The position numbers were made by a program, and so were the translations under genes. A DNA stretch of 46,499 nucleotides. Origin: Bigelowiella natans CCMP2755 (lineage: Eukaryota; Protista; Cercozoa). The notes below the pieces were generated by a model. The model worked only from the letters and a program-made list of their open reading frames with translations. It had not been told where the DNA came from and ran no database searches. Positions within the stretch are counted from its first letter, which is position 1. Every line of letters starts with the position of its first letter. The stretch spans positions 1 through 46,499 of the forward strand of contig ADNK01001943.1 of NCBI GenBank assembly GCA_000320545.1, written 5' to 3'. Positions 32,054 to 46,120 of this stretch are shown here, in pieces.

Positions 32054-33743
32054 GCACGTCATCAGTCATCAGCCGCCACACTTGTTCACGTTCGTGCTGC
32101 AGACGAGAGACATCCCATTGCTAGATTGCCAGCTAGCAGCGCGTCAGCTGGCCAGATTGGTTTGGACTGCCAGACCATCACAGACACGTGACACCATGCA
32201 CGTGTCACGTGTGACATCACCATGTCCATTGCAAGCACAGACACGCAATGCCATGTGCACATTGCACGTGACATTGCTGTGTCCATTGTGACCTGGAGAC
32301 TGCTAGCTGGTCATGGACTGCCCAGTGCATGGCTGGCTGCATCAAGTCTGTGATGCGCAAGCTAGCTCCAGATCTGGCTGGACTGGCCACATCGCAGTGG
32401 ACCCATTTGCCATGCCAGCACAATGAAACACTGAAACAATGAAACAATGATGATGAACTGCATTTCCAAAGTGTTGCAAGACGTTTGCAGAGTTGCAAAA
32501 TGCAGCGCCTCGAACCAGCTTTGGTGAAGACAACAACTGGTGAACTGCTGTGTCAAGTGAGCAACGAATGGCATGAATTTTCAATTGAGGGTCATTGAGC
32601 ACACACCTGCGCGCCCACGCTAGCACGCGCGCCCAGGTGCATGCTTTTTGCGTGCGTGTGCTGAAACTTCGCACGTCCATGAAGCCAGTGTGCACACACC
32701 CTCACGAGCTTGCAAAACTTGTGGCACGCAAACGTGAATGCGCCAGCGTGTTCAAAAGTGGCAAGAATTTTTCAATTTTCGCCCGCTGGCAGGCGTTGAA
32801 AAGTGAGGTTTTCAAGCTGAAATTCGAAAAAAAAATCAAACTTGAACCTCAAACAGGCTCCAGTGTGCTTCCAATGTCCAATTGCAACGATTGAGTGCGC
32901 CAGGCCGCACGCGCAAAGCACAGTTTGTTCAAAACCCACTCGTTGCCGGGATTGACACAGTTGTGAGCATGCGATCGATGTTGTGCCATGATGACAGCAC
33001 GGCTTGCAGCGTGTGCGAGCAACATCGCATCAGGCTCCATCTAGCCGTGCTTGCACAGTCCGTCAAACCCGGCAACAATTGGGTTGTGAACAGTGCAGCG
33101 CTTCGCGACGCGCTTTGAAGCAGCAGGCAGTTGCAGTTGCATTGGTCAAGGAAAAGTCATCAGAGCTTGTCCGATGGCCAAACCCAAAAAAATGACCGAA
33201 ACATTGACCAAAATGTCCATTTTCAAGGCTCATGCAGTCCAGCAGTGAGCGCGCAAAGTGTGAAAATTCACACCCGTTGTGCAGAGGATGCACGCTGCGC
33301 GTTTGTTCTTTGCCACATTTTGAATGCTTTTCCGCGTGTGTTCAACCAATCTTCATCTAGTTCATGTGCAAGAAAAATTTCAAAGAAATGCGAGCAAATC
33401 CAATGTCCATTGCATCACATGATGCGCTTGGTCGCGCGCAAAAGCTTCCAAACGCACATTCTGAAATTTGTTACAGGTTTGACGGAGCTGTGTAGCATGC
33501 ACAGGCTAGCAGGTGCGGCGATGCGCGCACATCCTAGCATCGCTAAATCGATACATGCTGCGCTTGCGCCTCGTGCCTAAGTATTACCATGTGAAGGATG
33601 TATAGTGTCGTAGCATGCGACATGGCACATAAAATTACACAATAACGATGTTGCATGAACATAATTCTTTATGAATTTAAAAATACGGATTTCCGTCCAG
33701 CCTTAACTACATGTACAGAGACGACTTGCCGAAATCGTTAGAT

Positions 33744-34591
33744 TTACTCCTCCTTTGATTCGACAGCTTCCGATTGTCTGGGCTCATCCTCTGCTTTCTG
33801 TAAACGTAAAATTATCAGCCGACCATCACATAATTACTACATCATAACCGGATAGAATTTGATTTCAACGGACAATAATCATAGAAATCCAAGTGGATAG
33901 CTATCCTACCTCTTGAGGCTGTAAGCTATCAACTGCAGCAGGTTCGGCCTTAGTATCGACGTTGTTGCTTTCGGAGACCTGCATTACACTTCCGGTATTC
34001 ACCACTTGCCCTTGCGTCGCCCCAACCTGGTTGAACTGAGCAGCCTTGAGCTCGGAGAAGCGTTCCTGAGACATTTCTGGATGGTCAAACTTGCACGTAA
34101 TTCCGAATTTACAATCTCCCGTCTTCATGTAGAAGCTGCAGGGCTGGACGCCAGGCCGTAAAGGAAGACCTAGTGTTATTTAAGCCTCTTAGTCGAAACA
34201 GCATGAATATCCAAACTTATATCCACCATTTTTCATGTAAATCGAGTACTTTTCCTCTCTAAAACGTATAGGGATACCTTTCGAGTTCACCCTGTCGGCT
34301 GGCCTCATGTTCAGGTGCGGGGTCACCTATTTGAGAATTTAGCTTGTGATTAGTTGGCGACCCAGTTGTAATAATGCTTCGGTGTAGCGCGAGACATCCA
34401 GTTTCTGAACTTTCTTTTGACTTGCAGTTACCTGGACATGGAAGGGGTGGTCGAAACGGCATGTTGCACCAAACTTGCATTCGCCCGTTTTCATGTAGAA
34501 TTGACATTGCGGCTGCCCAGGACGAGAAGGGTAGCCTTTCTCATTGAAAGTGGTACATGGAATACACTGCAAATAAATCTTATTAATCCTC

Positions 34592-34636
<45 letters not shown>

Positions 34637-36095
34637 AAACAGTAATATCAACCCTGTCCATTGCCATCTTTTGTGTCCCGCCCATGTTTGGCGGATGATT
34701 AAACTTGCACTGTTGATTAGACGGATGATATCAGTCACTGTATTTATCAGAAAACGAATCTTAAGGCCAAACCGTAACTCCAAACTTGCATTGACCAGTT
34801 TTCATGTAAAATTCGCATTCCTGCACAAAAAACTCAATAATATACCCTTCTATTCTTTTGAGAAACAGAGATTAGAAAACCTTCGCTTCGGGACGGAGCG
34901 GATATCCTTGTGCTGTCGTCGAAACCTGAAATAATGTATGATATACTTTCCTAAGTACGAGATATATATTTCCAAAATATCCAATAGGATGGTGCATATG
35001 ACACATTACTTGTGCTTGCTTGGCCTGGATATTTTCAGGATGATCCCATCGACAAGTTGCGCCAAAACTGCAGATTCTAAAAATGAAGGGAATGTGTTAG
35101 TATACCAACAATTTTCTAATGCATTGTATGATTCTACATAAATATATTTTTATTTTTCTTTCATGCATATCTTATTATTTTATGCTGGTCATTAAAAAAG
35201 GTTGAATTGACATAGATATTACCCCCATTCAGAATAATACTTGCAGGGTTGTTCGCCCTTTACATACGATTATTGCCGTAGTATATCGTAGTGTTGGAGT
35301 AGGTATTGAGAGAGACCGAATAAATAATAATTACGAGTTTCTTAGTGAATATAAGATAATTCCAGGTTAATTAATTATGTTTTAAATGATTATTTGTTTC
35401 ATATCCAAGGACCCGTTCGTATACATTAGGCAAACAATATACCGGTCGAAGCGGGTATCCCTTTGAATTTAGAGCAACATTTGATTTTTCTTGTTCTTGC
35501 ATCTGAATCACTTCTTCAGGGTGATTCCACTTGCAAGTTGTTCCATATTGACATCTGTTAACCATTCACTCAATCAGTTGACAAATGATAAGGCTTGCTC
35601 TCTACACTGCCTCACCTTCCACACTTCTCGAAGTAGCTGCAAGTTTTCTGCCCAGGTCGAATTGGGTACCCTCGGGAGTTAAGACCGTATTGCCTAAGAT
35701 TATAGAGAACAATTTACACCAAATTCCTTCTATTGCGACTTCAATATCGACGAACCCGACGGTGACGTTAGCGTTCATGCTGTTGTAGCCCCCGTACGGA
35801 TGAGAGCGAGCGTTGGATCGCCCTGTTCTCATAGGCCCATAGCCCATGTAAGATTGTTGAGAACCCATTCCCATCCCCATACTCTGGGTTTGATTCTGAT
35901 TTTGAATATAAATACAGTTTATTCATTTTTATGTGAAGTTTTGGTGTTCGGAGAAAATTCGACCTGTTGCCCCCATACATTGTTGCCGCCGTAAGCCTGA
36001 CTGCTTCCACCGTAAGCCTGCTGGTTCATCATGCCACCTCGATTTCCCATCCCCATTTGGCCGTATGCCTGTTGATTGTATCCTTGGTAACTCAT
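33744..36095 (-). CDS. Tandem CCCH (C-x8-C-x5-C-x3-H) zinc-finger RNA-binding protein, 5 fingers, with a Q/G/Y/M-rich N-terminus
   Basis: Starts [17 protein letters not shown]. Repeated YP.RPG..C.FY.KTG.CKFG.TC.F.HP units, e.g. [31 protein letters not shown], resembling plant ZFN/HUA1-type proteins. Last exon [17 protein letters not shown]. Confidence 0.9.
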
Positions 36096-36828
36096 GGTTT
36101 GAAAGGGTTCGACTTCTTTCCTCCCTATCCTTCCTCGTCCTTTTGATTATGCGGGGCTCACTCAAGATCTAAGAAAATTGATAACGAAAAATTAAAATGT
36201 CACAATAAGACTAAATTAAGCATCTATTACAAAGTCGTACAATAAATTCTCATTATTTTAAGTGATATTTTCTCAAATAAGGACATCTGATAAATCTTAA
36301 TTAAGCACGGTGTTTTTCCCCTTACCTGAAACACGAAAAGTTCTTCGAATCTATCTGTCTTCGTTGCTTAATGTCCTATAAATTCTCCATTCTTCTTCAA
36401 CAAGTACCCGAGCACAACCTACAGGATCTGGCAAAATATAATACCAGGCTTTTGCCGCTACTTACTTCTCCTTGCGCTTGCCTTTCTCATGTGGTAATCC
36501 CGGAACTTTTCTGACATCGTTCAGAAATCTGGACTGTTTCGGCTCAAATATCTGTCCAAAGTGGCATTTTGTGCCGACTCAATTGGAAACGGTTAGTTAA
36601 GGTGGCGCAAATTTAGATTAAGGCGTTGGTGTATCAACAAGATGAGATACGTTAGTAAAAAGGACTAATATTATTAAGAAAGACATACTTGTATGGATGT
36701 CTTAGTCCATAAACCATGCTTACTATTGTGCTTACTGCCAGTCTATTCACTGAAATTCCTGTTAAATTCCCGCGAAATCCGGTCGAGGAGCGATTGGAAG
36801 GGAAAGGCTTTCAAGCGGGCTGGGAACC

Positions 36829-38578
36829 ATGGATGAAGCGGGCAACGGCCGGAATCATGCAGGCGAGGAGATGGATCCTGATACTTCAAACATCTTGAAG
36901 AAGCGGGAGGAGATACTGAAGCTAAAGTGCGTACCTACCCTTTGTCCGAATTGCATTTCCTCCTCCCCAGTTTGTGATGATGAGACCCTTTTGCCTCTGT
37001 TTTATCTTTTTTTTACAAAGAGAAGAAAAGCTCAACCTGCTGAAGGCCAAACGGGAGAAGATGCAGACTGAGTTTGAGAACCTTATGGCGGAGGAGAAGC
37101 AGTTGGAGGTCGAATCTAACCCGTCAGACATCGTCCTCGGCATCTCATTTCTTTCTCAAAAATACGCTGCGTCAGGAACTCGTGGAGCTGAAGAAGAAAT
37201 CGCTTGAGCAGCAGCGCGAGTAGTGCAGCCTCTTGTTTGTGTTATGGTCGATCCTGGGAAAGTGGTGCTGATGACGATGTTTTTGTTTGCAGATTACACA
37301 AGCTACAAGGTGCGCTCGACGGATTTAACTTGACGCTGAATCAATCGCACTTGTTTGATGGTAATGCATTCTCCAATATTACGTCGCCAACCCTGTGATC
37401 CCAGGTTCGCTCACATCTTCCTTTCTGTTCCATCATAGAAAGCGATGGCGACGATGATGAATCGCTAAACCTAGAGGACATCAAGCAGAGCCTAGACGAC
37501 ACAACCAGCAGCTTCGATGCCACGACGTTTTTCGGAGGACCGGCCTCCGCGAACACAGATACTAGCGCAATTAGAGATCGATACGCAGACGATGGCCTAG
37601 CTGCTGCTGCCGTTGATTATGGGTGCAAATGACTTTTAAATGATATCCAATGTTTTCCTTTGCGATTGCGAAATGATTCTTGCATATCGTGTAGGGACGA
37701 GGATGCTGACAGCATTTCAACATTGAGCGAAGGAGAAGTTAGCGGGGAATCGGATGTAAGAGATGCATCGCACTGGCGCATGATGCGAACTTTATTCTTT
37801 ACGAAAGTCTGATGGGCAGATTGCACTTTTACCTACCTCCCCCCCCCCAACCCACCTGCCCTGCCTCCTCGGAATGAAGATAATATTTTCATGTCTAAGA
37901 GCAAGTTTATTCGTTTCGCATTACGCTAACTCCTCCTCCCCATCCCCCTACTCCAGGTCGAGAACATAACGGAGTTCCTGCGCAACATCAAGAAAAGAGT
38001 GTTTGACGTCCAGAACGACGTAAGTGCGGAGTGGAGGGCAAGACAATCTTTCTCGCCACTCACTTGTACTATTGGAGAGCCACAATGGCGGCTCTAAGTT
38101 TTTTCTGCAACGCATTTCGGCAGGTTAAATCGTTCTCCTCTTCGAGTCTTGGCCGCGGCATCAAAGGCGAGAAGCGCCAAGAACACTCTTCGTCGTATTC
38201 TTCCCGCTTCGGATGGCACCGAGCTTCACAGCACGACCCTAGGGGACGGGGGGGGGCTGCAGGGTCAGCAACAATGCCAGGAGTAGCAGGAGCATCAGCG
38301 CCCCAAGAACGCAGTCGTTCGTGGTCTAGAAACAGCAGTGCCATTACGAAATGGGTGTGTAGATTGTGTCTCGAGGAGAACGACCTGGCCGATGTCGAGT
38401 GCTGCCTTTGCGGGGAGATTAGGAGTGTCAACGATTCAGGCACCGTAAATCAGGTTTTTCGGGATAGAGTAGTTCGTCCCTCCCCCCCCCCCTTCCCCCC
38501 CTCTCTCTCTTCTCCTCACTTTTCCTCTCTCTGCTTGTGCGCGTGGCAGTGTGCGTATGTGCTTTGCGCTCATGATAT

Positions 38579-38645
<67 letters not shown>

Positions 38646-40141
38646 CGCTCCGGACGTGCCACAGACCGCTGAGTCTCTATCGGATGGCCATTCGCTAGAG
38701 CGACAGCACGGTTTACCTTGCCTCAGTCCCCAACTGCCCCCATGCTGTGTTAAATGGCGTTTGCTTGTCTGTCCGTGTTTGCGTGTGGGGTTGGTTGGGG
38801 GGGGGGGGGAGGGAATATGTAGATATTGGAGTGGCCAGGGCCTCGTTCATGCCGATGTTAGTTATTAATGGCACTGATTGACGATGACGACAAACGTTTT
38901 CGATGTCGATGCTTAATCCTGACGCCCTGCATTCGGTTTGATGCTGCGTTCAGCGGCGGCGGCATTACCAGCAGCGGCCATTCCGCCCAAAGCCTCGCTG
39001 CACACGCGTGGGAAAACATGGGCACGGTCGAAGGCGAAGAGGACGACCCCGATGACGATGAAGACGGCCTTCTCGCTGAGGCCGAGGACCTCCATGCAAT
39101 TCTCACCGGTAGGGCAAGAGCAAGCCCGCCACGCGCTTCTCCCGCCTCTGCGACAATGGAAGACGGGTATACGCCAGCGGGAATGGGCCCCTTTTCTCGG
39201 CATCGCCGCGCATGGGCGAGCGCTGGGGACCGCCGCAGCAGCAGCGCCGCCAAGGATGGCGTAGGCGTCCCCCATGATGACGTCGATGATGGCGACGACG
39301 AAGACGGAGACGACGGCGACGATGATGGCGGCGATGGCCTTGGAGATCTCGATGCGTATTACACCCGGTGGAGGCAGACGCAGGAGGAGAAGGGCAAGGG
39401 GAGCAGCAGCAGCAGCAGCAGTAGCAGCAATTACTATGATAGTAGTCATGGGAGAAGCAGCCCATGCCACCGTCGCCGCTATCGAGGGGCATATCGCGGA
39501 GAGTACTCCTCCTCGTCAGCAAGGCCGGCCGCCCCCCCCACCGAGTACAACTTCCACAACTACGAAGAAGACGACGGTGCGCAATGGAGGAGGGCGAGCG
39601 GCAGGAGGAGCCATGGCGGCCCTGCCGCCCCTGCTTCGGCCCATGGATCTTCGTCGCCCTCGCCGTCATCATGTTCGCAGTCCGATGGCGGCGGTGTTGG
39701 AGGGCGAGAGGAGGGGCGAGAGAGACGGGAGAGGCGAGAGAGGAATTCCCCCAGAGCCTCCGCCGAAGGCGAATTGCAGCAAAAAAAGTGGAACCAGAGC
39801 TGTCGAGTCGTCGCGCTAAACAACAACAACAACAATAACGACGAGGCGTCGTCCTCGACAGCCCTGCGCCGTAGCAGGGGGGGGGGCGGTGATGGCTCTG
39901 GGGGCGTAAATACATGCCCGTTGGGAATGCTTCAGGTCGGTGATTATCGACGTGAGCGTTGCAGATGGTCGGTCGCGGTTGGGGGCTGAATAGTACGCTA
40001 GATGGTAGTTTTGAGGGAGAGGCTGATGGTGGTAGTGATGATGATGATGGTGATGATGATGATGATGATGATGATGGTGATGGTGATGGTAGTGGGGGTT
40101 GTGGAGATGATGGTGACGCAGTTTGGCTCTTATCGCAGGGA

Positions 40142-40177
<36 letters not shown>

Positions 40178-40892
40178 TTTGATACCACTCTGACCCGTCC
40201 CCCCCTCCCTCCTACCCACCTACTCCCCCATGTGTAACATACCACACAGACAAAAGGGATCGATGGGATGACTTCTATACGTGCGAATCACTGTTGTCCT
40301 GGGCTTTATGCTTTGAAAGGTGCCCCGCCCTTCATGTCTTCTCATTATTTTTTCCTTTTTCAAAAAGAGAGGATAAGCGAAGGCGCCCATGCATGTATGG
40401 CGCCCCCCCCCCCTTTTAAAAACCTACAAAGCCACGCAGGAGGGAAAACCAAAAAGAAGATTACACACTCCCCGCGCGCATAGACTTGATTCTCTCGCCT
40501 TATCTCCCGCTTCTCGCGGCGTGGTAACACGACAGAATACAACGCGAACACTCACACTCACACTCACCAGAGATACATCTACCGTAAAACCGCCTTAACT
40601 AAATGGCCTTCTGGCCGCTCGTTGTGTCGCGAAGAAGGCCGGCCTCAGGAAGCAATCTTACCGATCAATCGCTGGCTGGAGGGGGAGATTTCGGGGGAGT
40701 ACGCGACATGGCAAGTGTTAGACTATCTCTTCTCGGATTCGTCTTCCTCCTCCTCCTCCCTCTCCAACCTCGACGCCAAGTCTCGAAATCTGGCGCTGGC
40801 TGTGCAGATGTAATTCCAGAGGGAGGGGAGGGGGGAAGGGGGGGGGGGAAGGGGAAAGTATGCGGTGATGGGGCGTATCAATATGTGTGTGT

Positions 40893-40928
<36 letters not shown>

Positions 40929-40941
40929 GTCTGTGAGTGTG

Positions 40942-40980
<39 letters not shown>

Positions 40981-41477
40981 GTTTTCGCGCGCGCGCAGAG
41001 GAGGGTGGGGATATGCGGGCGGGCGCAGGGCAAAAAGGCGCGGCAGCGTCTGGATGACATGGATTACGACGACGATGATAACGACGGCGATCATGCCCGA
41101 GAGAACCACATCTACTGTGATGGCTTAACATGCAATAATATGCATGTGTACACAAAAAAGGTATTCGAACAAATCGGAGGCCGTCGGCGGCGTTCTCGGC
41201 ACGCTCTCCGGAGGCCTCCCCTCCATCCACAGCTCCCGCTGCGCCCGCTGGCTGACGAAGCACATATTCTCTCGAGCGCCCAGGGAAGTGACCCGGGACG
41301 CGCTGCAGTGGCTTTGCGGCAGTCTCAACCTCTTCCAGTCGGGAGAGGACGCGGGGTGAGTTATAGTGTTTGGGAAGAAGGGGAGGCAGGAAGGACCGGC
41401 GGCCGCTATTCCCCCCCCCCCCACCCCCCCCACCCTTTTTTCCTTTTCCTTTCTTTGTTGGTGGAATCTCTCTTGTT

Positions 41478-41545
<68 letters not shown>

Positions 41546-41562
41546 GTGTGTGGGTGTGTGTA

Positions 41563-41609
<47 letters not shown>

Positions 41610-43174
41610 CGTCGGGGAACTGCTTTTGTTTGTTTGATATGCATCAATCACAGGGCCCTGCGAGCATGTTGATCCTCTGCTTGCTTCTTCTTCCTCTTCG
41701 ACCTGTCGCTGCCTCTTTCACCCTCCCCTCCCTCTCCCCCACCCTGCTGACTTCTTCCCCAACGCCGCTTGCTCATCATCATCTTCCTCCCCCCTCCCCC
41801 CCCCACCTCACCTAGAACTTTCCCCATTTCGCGGATGCTGGGGCGGCTCATGGAGGTCCCGGAGACGATGATGTCGCTCGCGTTCTCACGAGCATGCCTC
41901 CAGGCCCACCCCCACAGGAAGAAGGGCTCGCTGGAAGCCTACCTCCAGACGCACATCTACCTCGATCTAGTCCGCAGGCAGTGGGCGGGGTTCTCGAGCA
42001 GCGGCGACCCTGGCGACGATGCGACGACGCTACCTTCCCCTCCCCAGCAGGACGTTGACTTCGACAGCAGCGCGGGGGGGGGCGGGGGGCCGAGTGACGG
42101 TGCCGCTGCTACCGCAGCGGCTAGCCAAGAGCCCGCCTCGTTGGCCAGCGATGGAAGTGCTGCCCCTCCTCCTTCATCATCATCATCATCTTCTTCTTCT
42201 TCTCCCCCCCCTTCTCGGTCATCGAGTGCGGCTGGACCTGCCGGCCTGCAAGATGGGGGAGGGGACTCGAAGCTGCAGCAACGGCGGCCGCTCCAGGAAT
42301 GCAGCAAAAATACTGCCTCCTCCTCCTCGCACCTCCTCCTCCTCCTCCTCCTCCTCCTCCTCGCATTACTCCAGAGGGGGCTAGATAAATCGCAAAGAAA
42401 GGATAATAAATCTATAAATATACGTATATATATATATATATATATATATTATTTTATTTATGTGCCATTATTGATTTCACGCTATATTTTATCTCCCCCC
42501 CCCCCCCCCACCCCTTTCTCTCCCTCTCCTCCCCAGCGGCTCAAGGACGCTGCGATCTACCACGAGATGACCGCGCAGCAGGAAGGGATTTTGAAGGAGT
42601 GCGAGGCATGGACGAAGGTAGAAGGCAAAGCGGAGGGCGAGAGCAGCGCGTGGCGGGGCTAGGCTGGGGGCAGTCGCTTGTTCTGTAACGTATATAATTG
42701 CGTGATTTGGCCTTTTTTGCTGCTTTTCCCCCTTCTCCCCCCTTCCCCCCCCCCCCCCCCTCAAAGGGCAAGCTTGAGGCGCACAACCAAAAAATGGATG
42801 AGTACCTGGAGTTTCTCTCGGCGTACAGAGACAGGGCTGATGAGCAGCTGAAGCGGCTTGAGAAAGGAAGCTACTACGCAGTGCTTAAGGCGAGGAAGGA
42901 GATGACCGATGCCCAGCTCAAGAAGTGCTACCAGATGGCCGTCATCAAGGCCCACCGGACAAGAAGGGAGGCAGCAAGGAGAAGTAATTACTCTTCCTTT
43001 TGGTTGAGCAGGAGGAGGAGGACGAGGGGGGGGGAGGGGTGGGGGGGTTGAGGAGAAGGGGCGTTCCTATAGCGCCTCACACGCGTGGATGTACACAACA
43101 CATACATCAACCATAGAGCTCGCGCACACAAGCACTCAAGCACACACACACGCACATACAAAATATACGTGTAT

Positions 43175-43213
<39 letters not shown>

Positions 43214-43523
43214 TGATATATAAATCACACAGGTTTCAGCTCGTAAGGGACGCCTACCACGCAATCCTTAGAGAACGAGCCGCCACGAAGAACGCCAACG
43301 AGGCGACATCGTCGCCATCGTCGCCGGAGCAGGGATCCTCTTCGCCGCAGCAGCCGTTTGATGCGAAGGCAAAGCGCCGTGGAGACGACGTGAATCATGC
43401 AGATCACACGCGAGGAGGCGAGGCGAGGGGCGCGCCAGCAGCCGCAGAGGACAAAAACCGGTTCGGGGAAACATCTACCCAAAAAAATGATATTACCCTC
43501 ACAACACACACACACACACATAC

Positions 43524-43566
<43 letters not shown>

Positions 43567-44166
43567 CTGTTATATATCACAGAAACCGGGAGAACGAAGC
43601 TAATCCGGAGGAGGAAGGGGAGGGCGACTCGTCGAAGAGCCAGGGCATCAACGGGACTGCCGCTATGGCTAACGCCGCCACTGCTGCTCCTGCGGATCAC
43701 GAAACCGAGAACGACAGCGCAACCAGCAGCATCGGCAACGAAGGCACCAAAACAGAAGGCTTAACAAGTGCACTCCAAGGCGCTGAGAAGGAGGATGGCG
43801 AGCAAGGCGGCTCCGCCGAGCCCGCCGCCGACGATCAAAAGGGGGGGGGCGACGAAATCACCGGCTCTCCTACCCCCTCGCAAAAAGACCCCGCAGCAAG
43901 GGCCGATGAAGATACGGCGTCACCGCCTCCCTCCCCCTCCCCCTCGCCCGGCAACGCGCAAACGGGTGCGAATAGCAACGAGGGGGGGGAGGGCAGCGGC
44001 AGCGGCGGCACCTCTTCAAACGGTAGCCTACCGAAGCAGCAGCAGCAGCAGTCTGGCCATCCAGTTATATTGGAGATTGAATACGTCTCTATGCACGCTG
44101 AAATGGCAGCTCACAGGGCGGAGATGTGTATTAAGGTGTGTGCGGGTGTTCATCTCTTAATTTTCA

Positions 44167-44210
<44 letters not shown>

Positions 44211-45033
44211 CGTGTGTATAGTGCATGTATATAATAAGCTGGACGATGATGTGCGCAGGGCAGCCGTTACGCGGTTTTCACCAGCTTTATATTACCACTG
44301 TTGCCCTGGGATGTAACAACAAAAACAACAACAATTAACACCAACAACGCCTTGCCTCCCTTGCCCAGATTGCACGTGCTGCTTCTGAGGCTGTTTCGAG
44401 CTCTCACTCACATCCAATGCTTTGGGCGCCGGTGACGATGATGATAGTAGCAGTAGTAGTAGAAGTAGTAGTAGTAGCGGTGGTGGTGGTGGTGATGATA
44501 ATGATGAGTTATTGTAAGATAGATTCACATTATACACAACTCTCAAACGCAACTCTCTCTCTCTCTCTCTTTCTCTCTCCCCCACTCTCTCTCTCACTCT
44601 ATCTCACATACACATACACACACGCGCGCACGCACGCACGCAAATATGAATATGAGGGAAATTATTCTTCTCTCGCGTTAACAAGACACTGTAATCGCAA
44701 ATGTACGAACACGATCATGTGTCACATTTCCCTTCCCTTTCCAGTGCCCCCCCCCCCCCCCCCCCTTTAGCAGAAATTGGGTTCCTAAAAAAAATAAAGA
44801 GGGGGGGATTTGGCGCCCTTAAAGCTTCTCGGGTTTTTTTTACACTCTCTAAAAAAGTTTCCCTCTCCCCCCCCCCCCCCCCAAAAAAAAAAATTTTTTT
44901 TTTTCCCCCCCCCCCCCCCCCCCCAAGTCCAGGGTCTTTTCCTTCGAGGGAAAAATGATTTCAGAAAAACGCTCTTTTAATTTATGCATCCATATGTTAA
45001 GTAGATATGTTTGAGTAATCTTGAGGGAAGGCA

Positions 45034-45074
<41 letters not shown>

Positions 45075-45480
45075 ACATTCTATTTGAGACCTGCACCGCG
45101 ACCACTTCCCCACTGCCACGCTGCTATCGCACAACAGCTGAGCCTTCTCTTACATCGGGTATTGTTGTACAGGGGAAAGCAGCGATGGAGTGTTCCGCTC
45201 ATTGCGCGCTCAAGATGCGAGAGGTTGGTTTTCATGATTTGTGTCGCACTTGTTGCTCCGATGTGTTTTTCAACGCTCTGGAGGACGGCTGGTGCATGCA
45301 GGAGTCATTGGCGTTCGGTTGTGCTGTCTTATTCTCTGTCTTTCTTTTCTTCGGTCTCTTCTTCTTCCTCCTTCTCTCGCTCTTCCTCCTCTCCCACGCA
45401 CAGCAGCTGACATTTCTAATTGAAGATTTGAAAAAATAACTGCCGCCTGCCGCCACTAATTGCCATTATTCTAATTGTTA

Positions 45481-45525
<45 letters not shown>

Positions 45526-45924
45526 ATAATATATACATTATACATCTCCGAATAAGCACACCCCTGTCCTGATGGCCCGAGAAACTCCTCCTTCATTTTC
45601 TCACGGTCAACCATTGCAGGGGAGACCGACCTCCTCCGGCAGCGACTAGCAGCATCACGCGCAATGGCGACTATTGTTGTTATTGCCGTCGCTGCTGGTA
45701 CCTGCTGCTGGGACAAGGGAGTTGATACGTCTTTTATCGCTGTATTTCCCCCCCATGAATACAGCGAATAGAGCCTAGTCAAACACCCCACATACAAGCA
45801 GAATGTAGTTCTTCATCATAGCAGAGTCTTTTGTTTCTCATGCTCGCCAACCCCAACGCGGCCTCGTTACGCTGCCTCTTCTCCGCTGGCCTCCCCTTCA
45901 ATTTATAAATTATTGAGAATACGC

Positions 45925-45964
<40 letters not shown>

Positions 45965-46120
45965 TATTCATCTCTCGTGCCTACCAGATTTCGGAGCAGC
46001 TGACCTCCATTGAGGCCGAGGCGAGCAGCGCCGCGGCTGCTGTTGACGGCCCTCGAAAACTAGCGAAAGTCCTTACTGTAACGGCAGACGCCAGTCGAAA
46101 GTTCGTGCCAATCAGAAGGG
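36829..46120 (+). CDS. Large multi-exon protein with N-terminal coiled coil, RanBP2-type zinc finger, long disordered regions and an internal DnaJ (J) domain; 3' end beyond the window or unresolved
   Basis: Starts MDEAGNGRNHAGEEMDP...KKREEILKLK. RanBP2-type finger KWVCRLCLEENDLADVECCLCGEIR at ~38350-38425. J domain SYYAVLKARKEMTDAQLKKCYQMAVIKAH[P]DKKGGSKEK|FQLVRDAYHAIL, which needs one extra C at ~42955. Confidence 0.7.

Larger units (their letters stand above)
28450..33540. other. TpA-depleted hypermutated tract 2
   Basis: About 19 TA dinucleotides counted by eye in 28500-33460 (~5 kb; roughly 300 expected at random), 13 of them in CTAG. Normal TA content resumes near 33540. Confidence 0.92.

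Noticed and set aside
28450-33540. CpG deamination or classical RIP as the cause of the TG/CA excess
   Set aside because: CpG remains common, TA is lost rather than gained, and outgroup repeat copies carry TA at the variable sites.
28377-33580. Dense overlapping Cys/His/Met-rich ORFs in the ORF track (also 5092-8226)
   Set aside because: Expected artefact of TA loss: TAA/TAG stops and Tyr codons vanish, opening all six frames.
42945-42965. Frameshift in the J-domain HPD motif as a programmed or real disruption
   Set aside because: A single missing C in a C-run, in a part of the window with signs of low sequence quality, is more likely an assembly error; reads are needed.
44745-44960. Homopolymer-rich block (also 46118-46499) as a special element
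   Set aside because: Looks like low-quality read-end sequence: inflated C/G/A/T runs over otherwise exon-like text.
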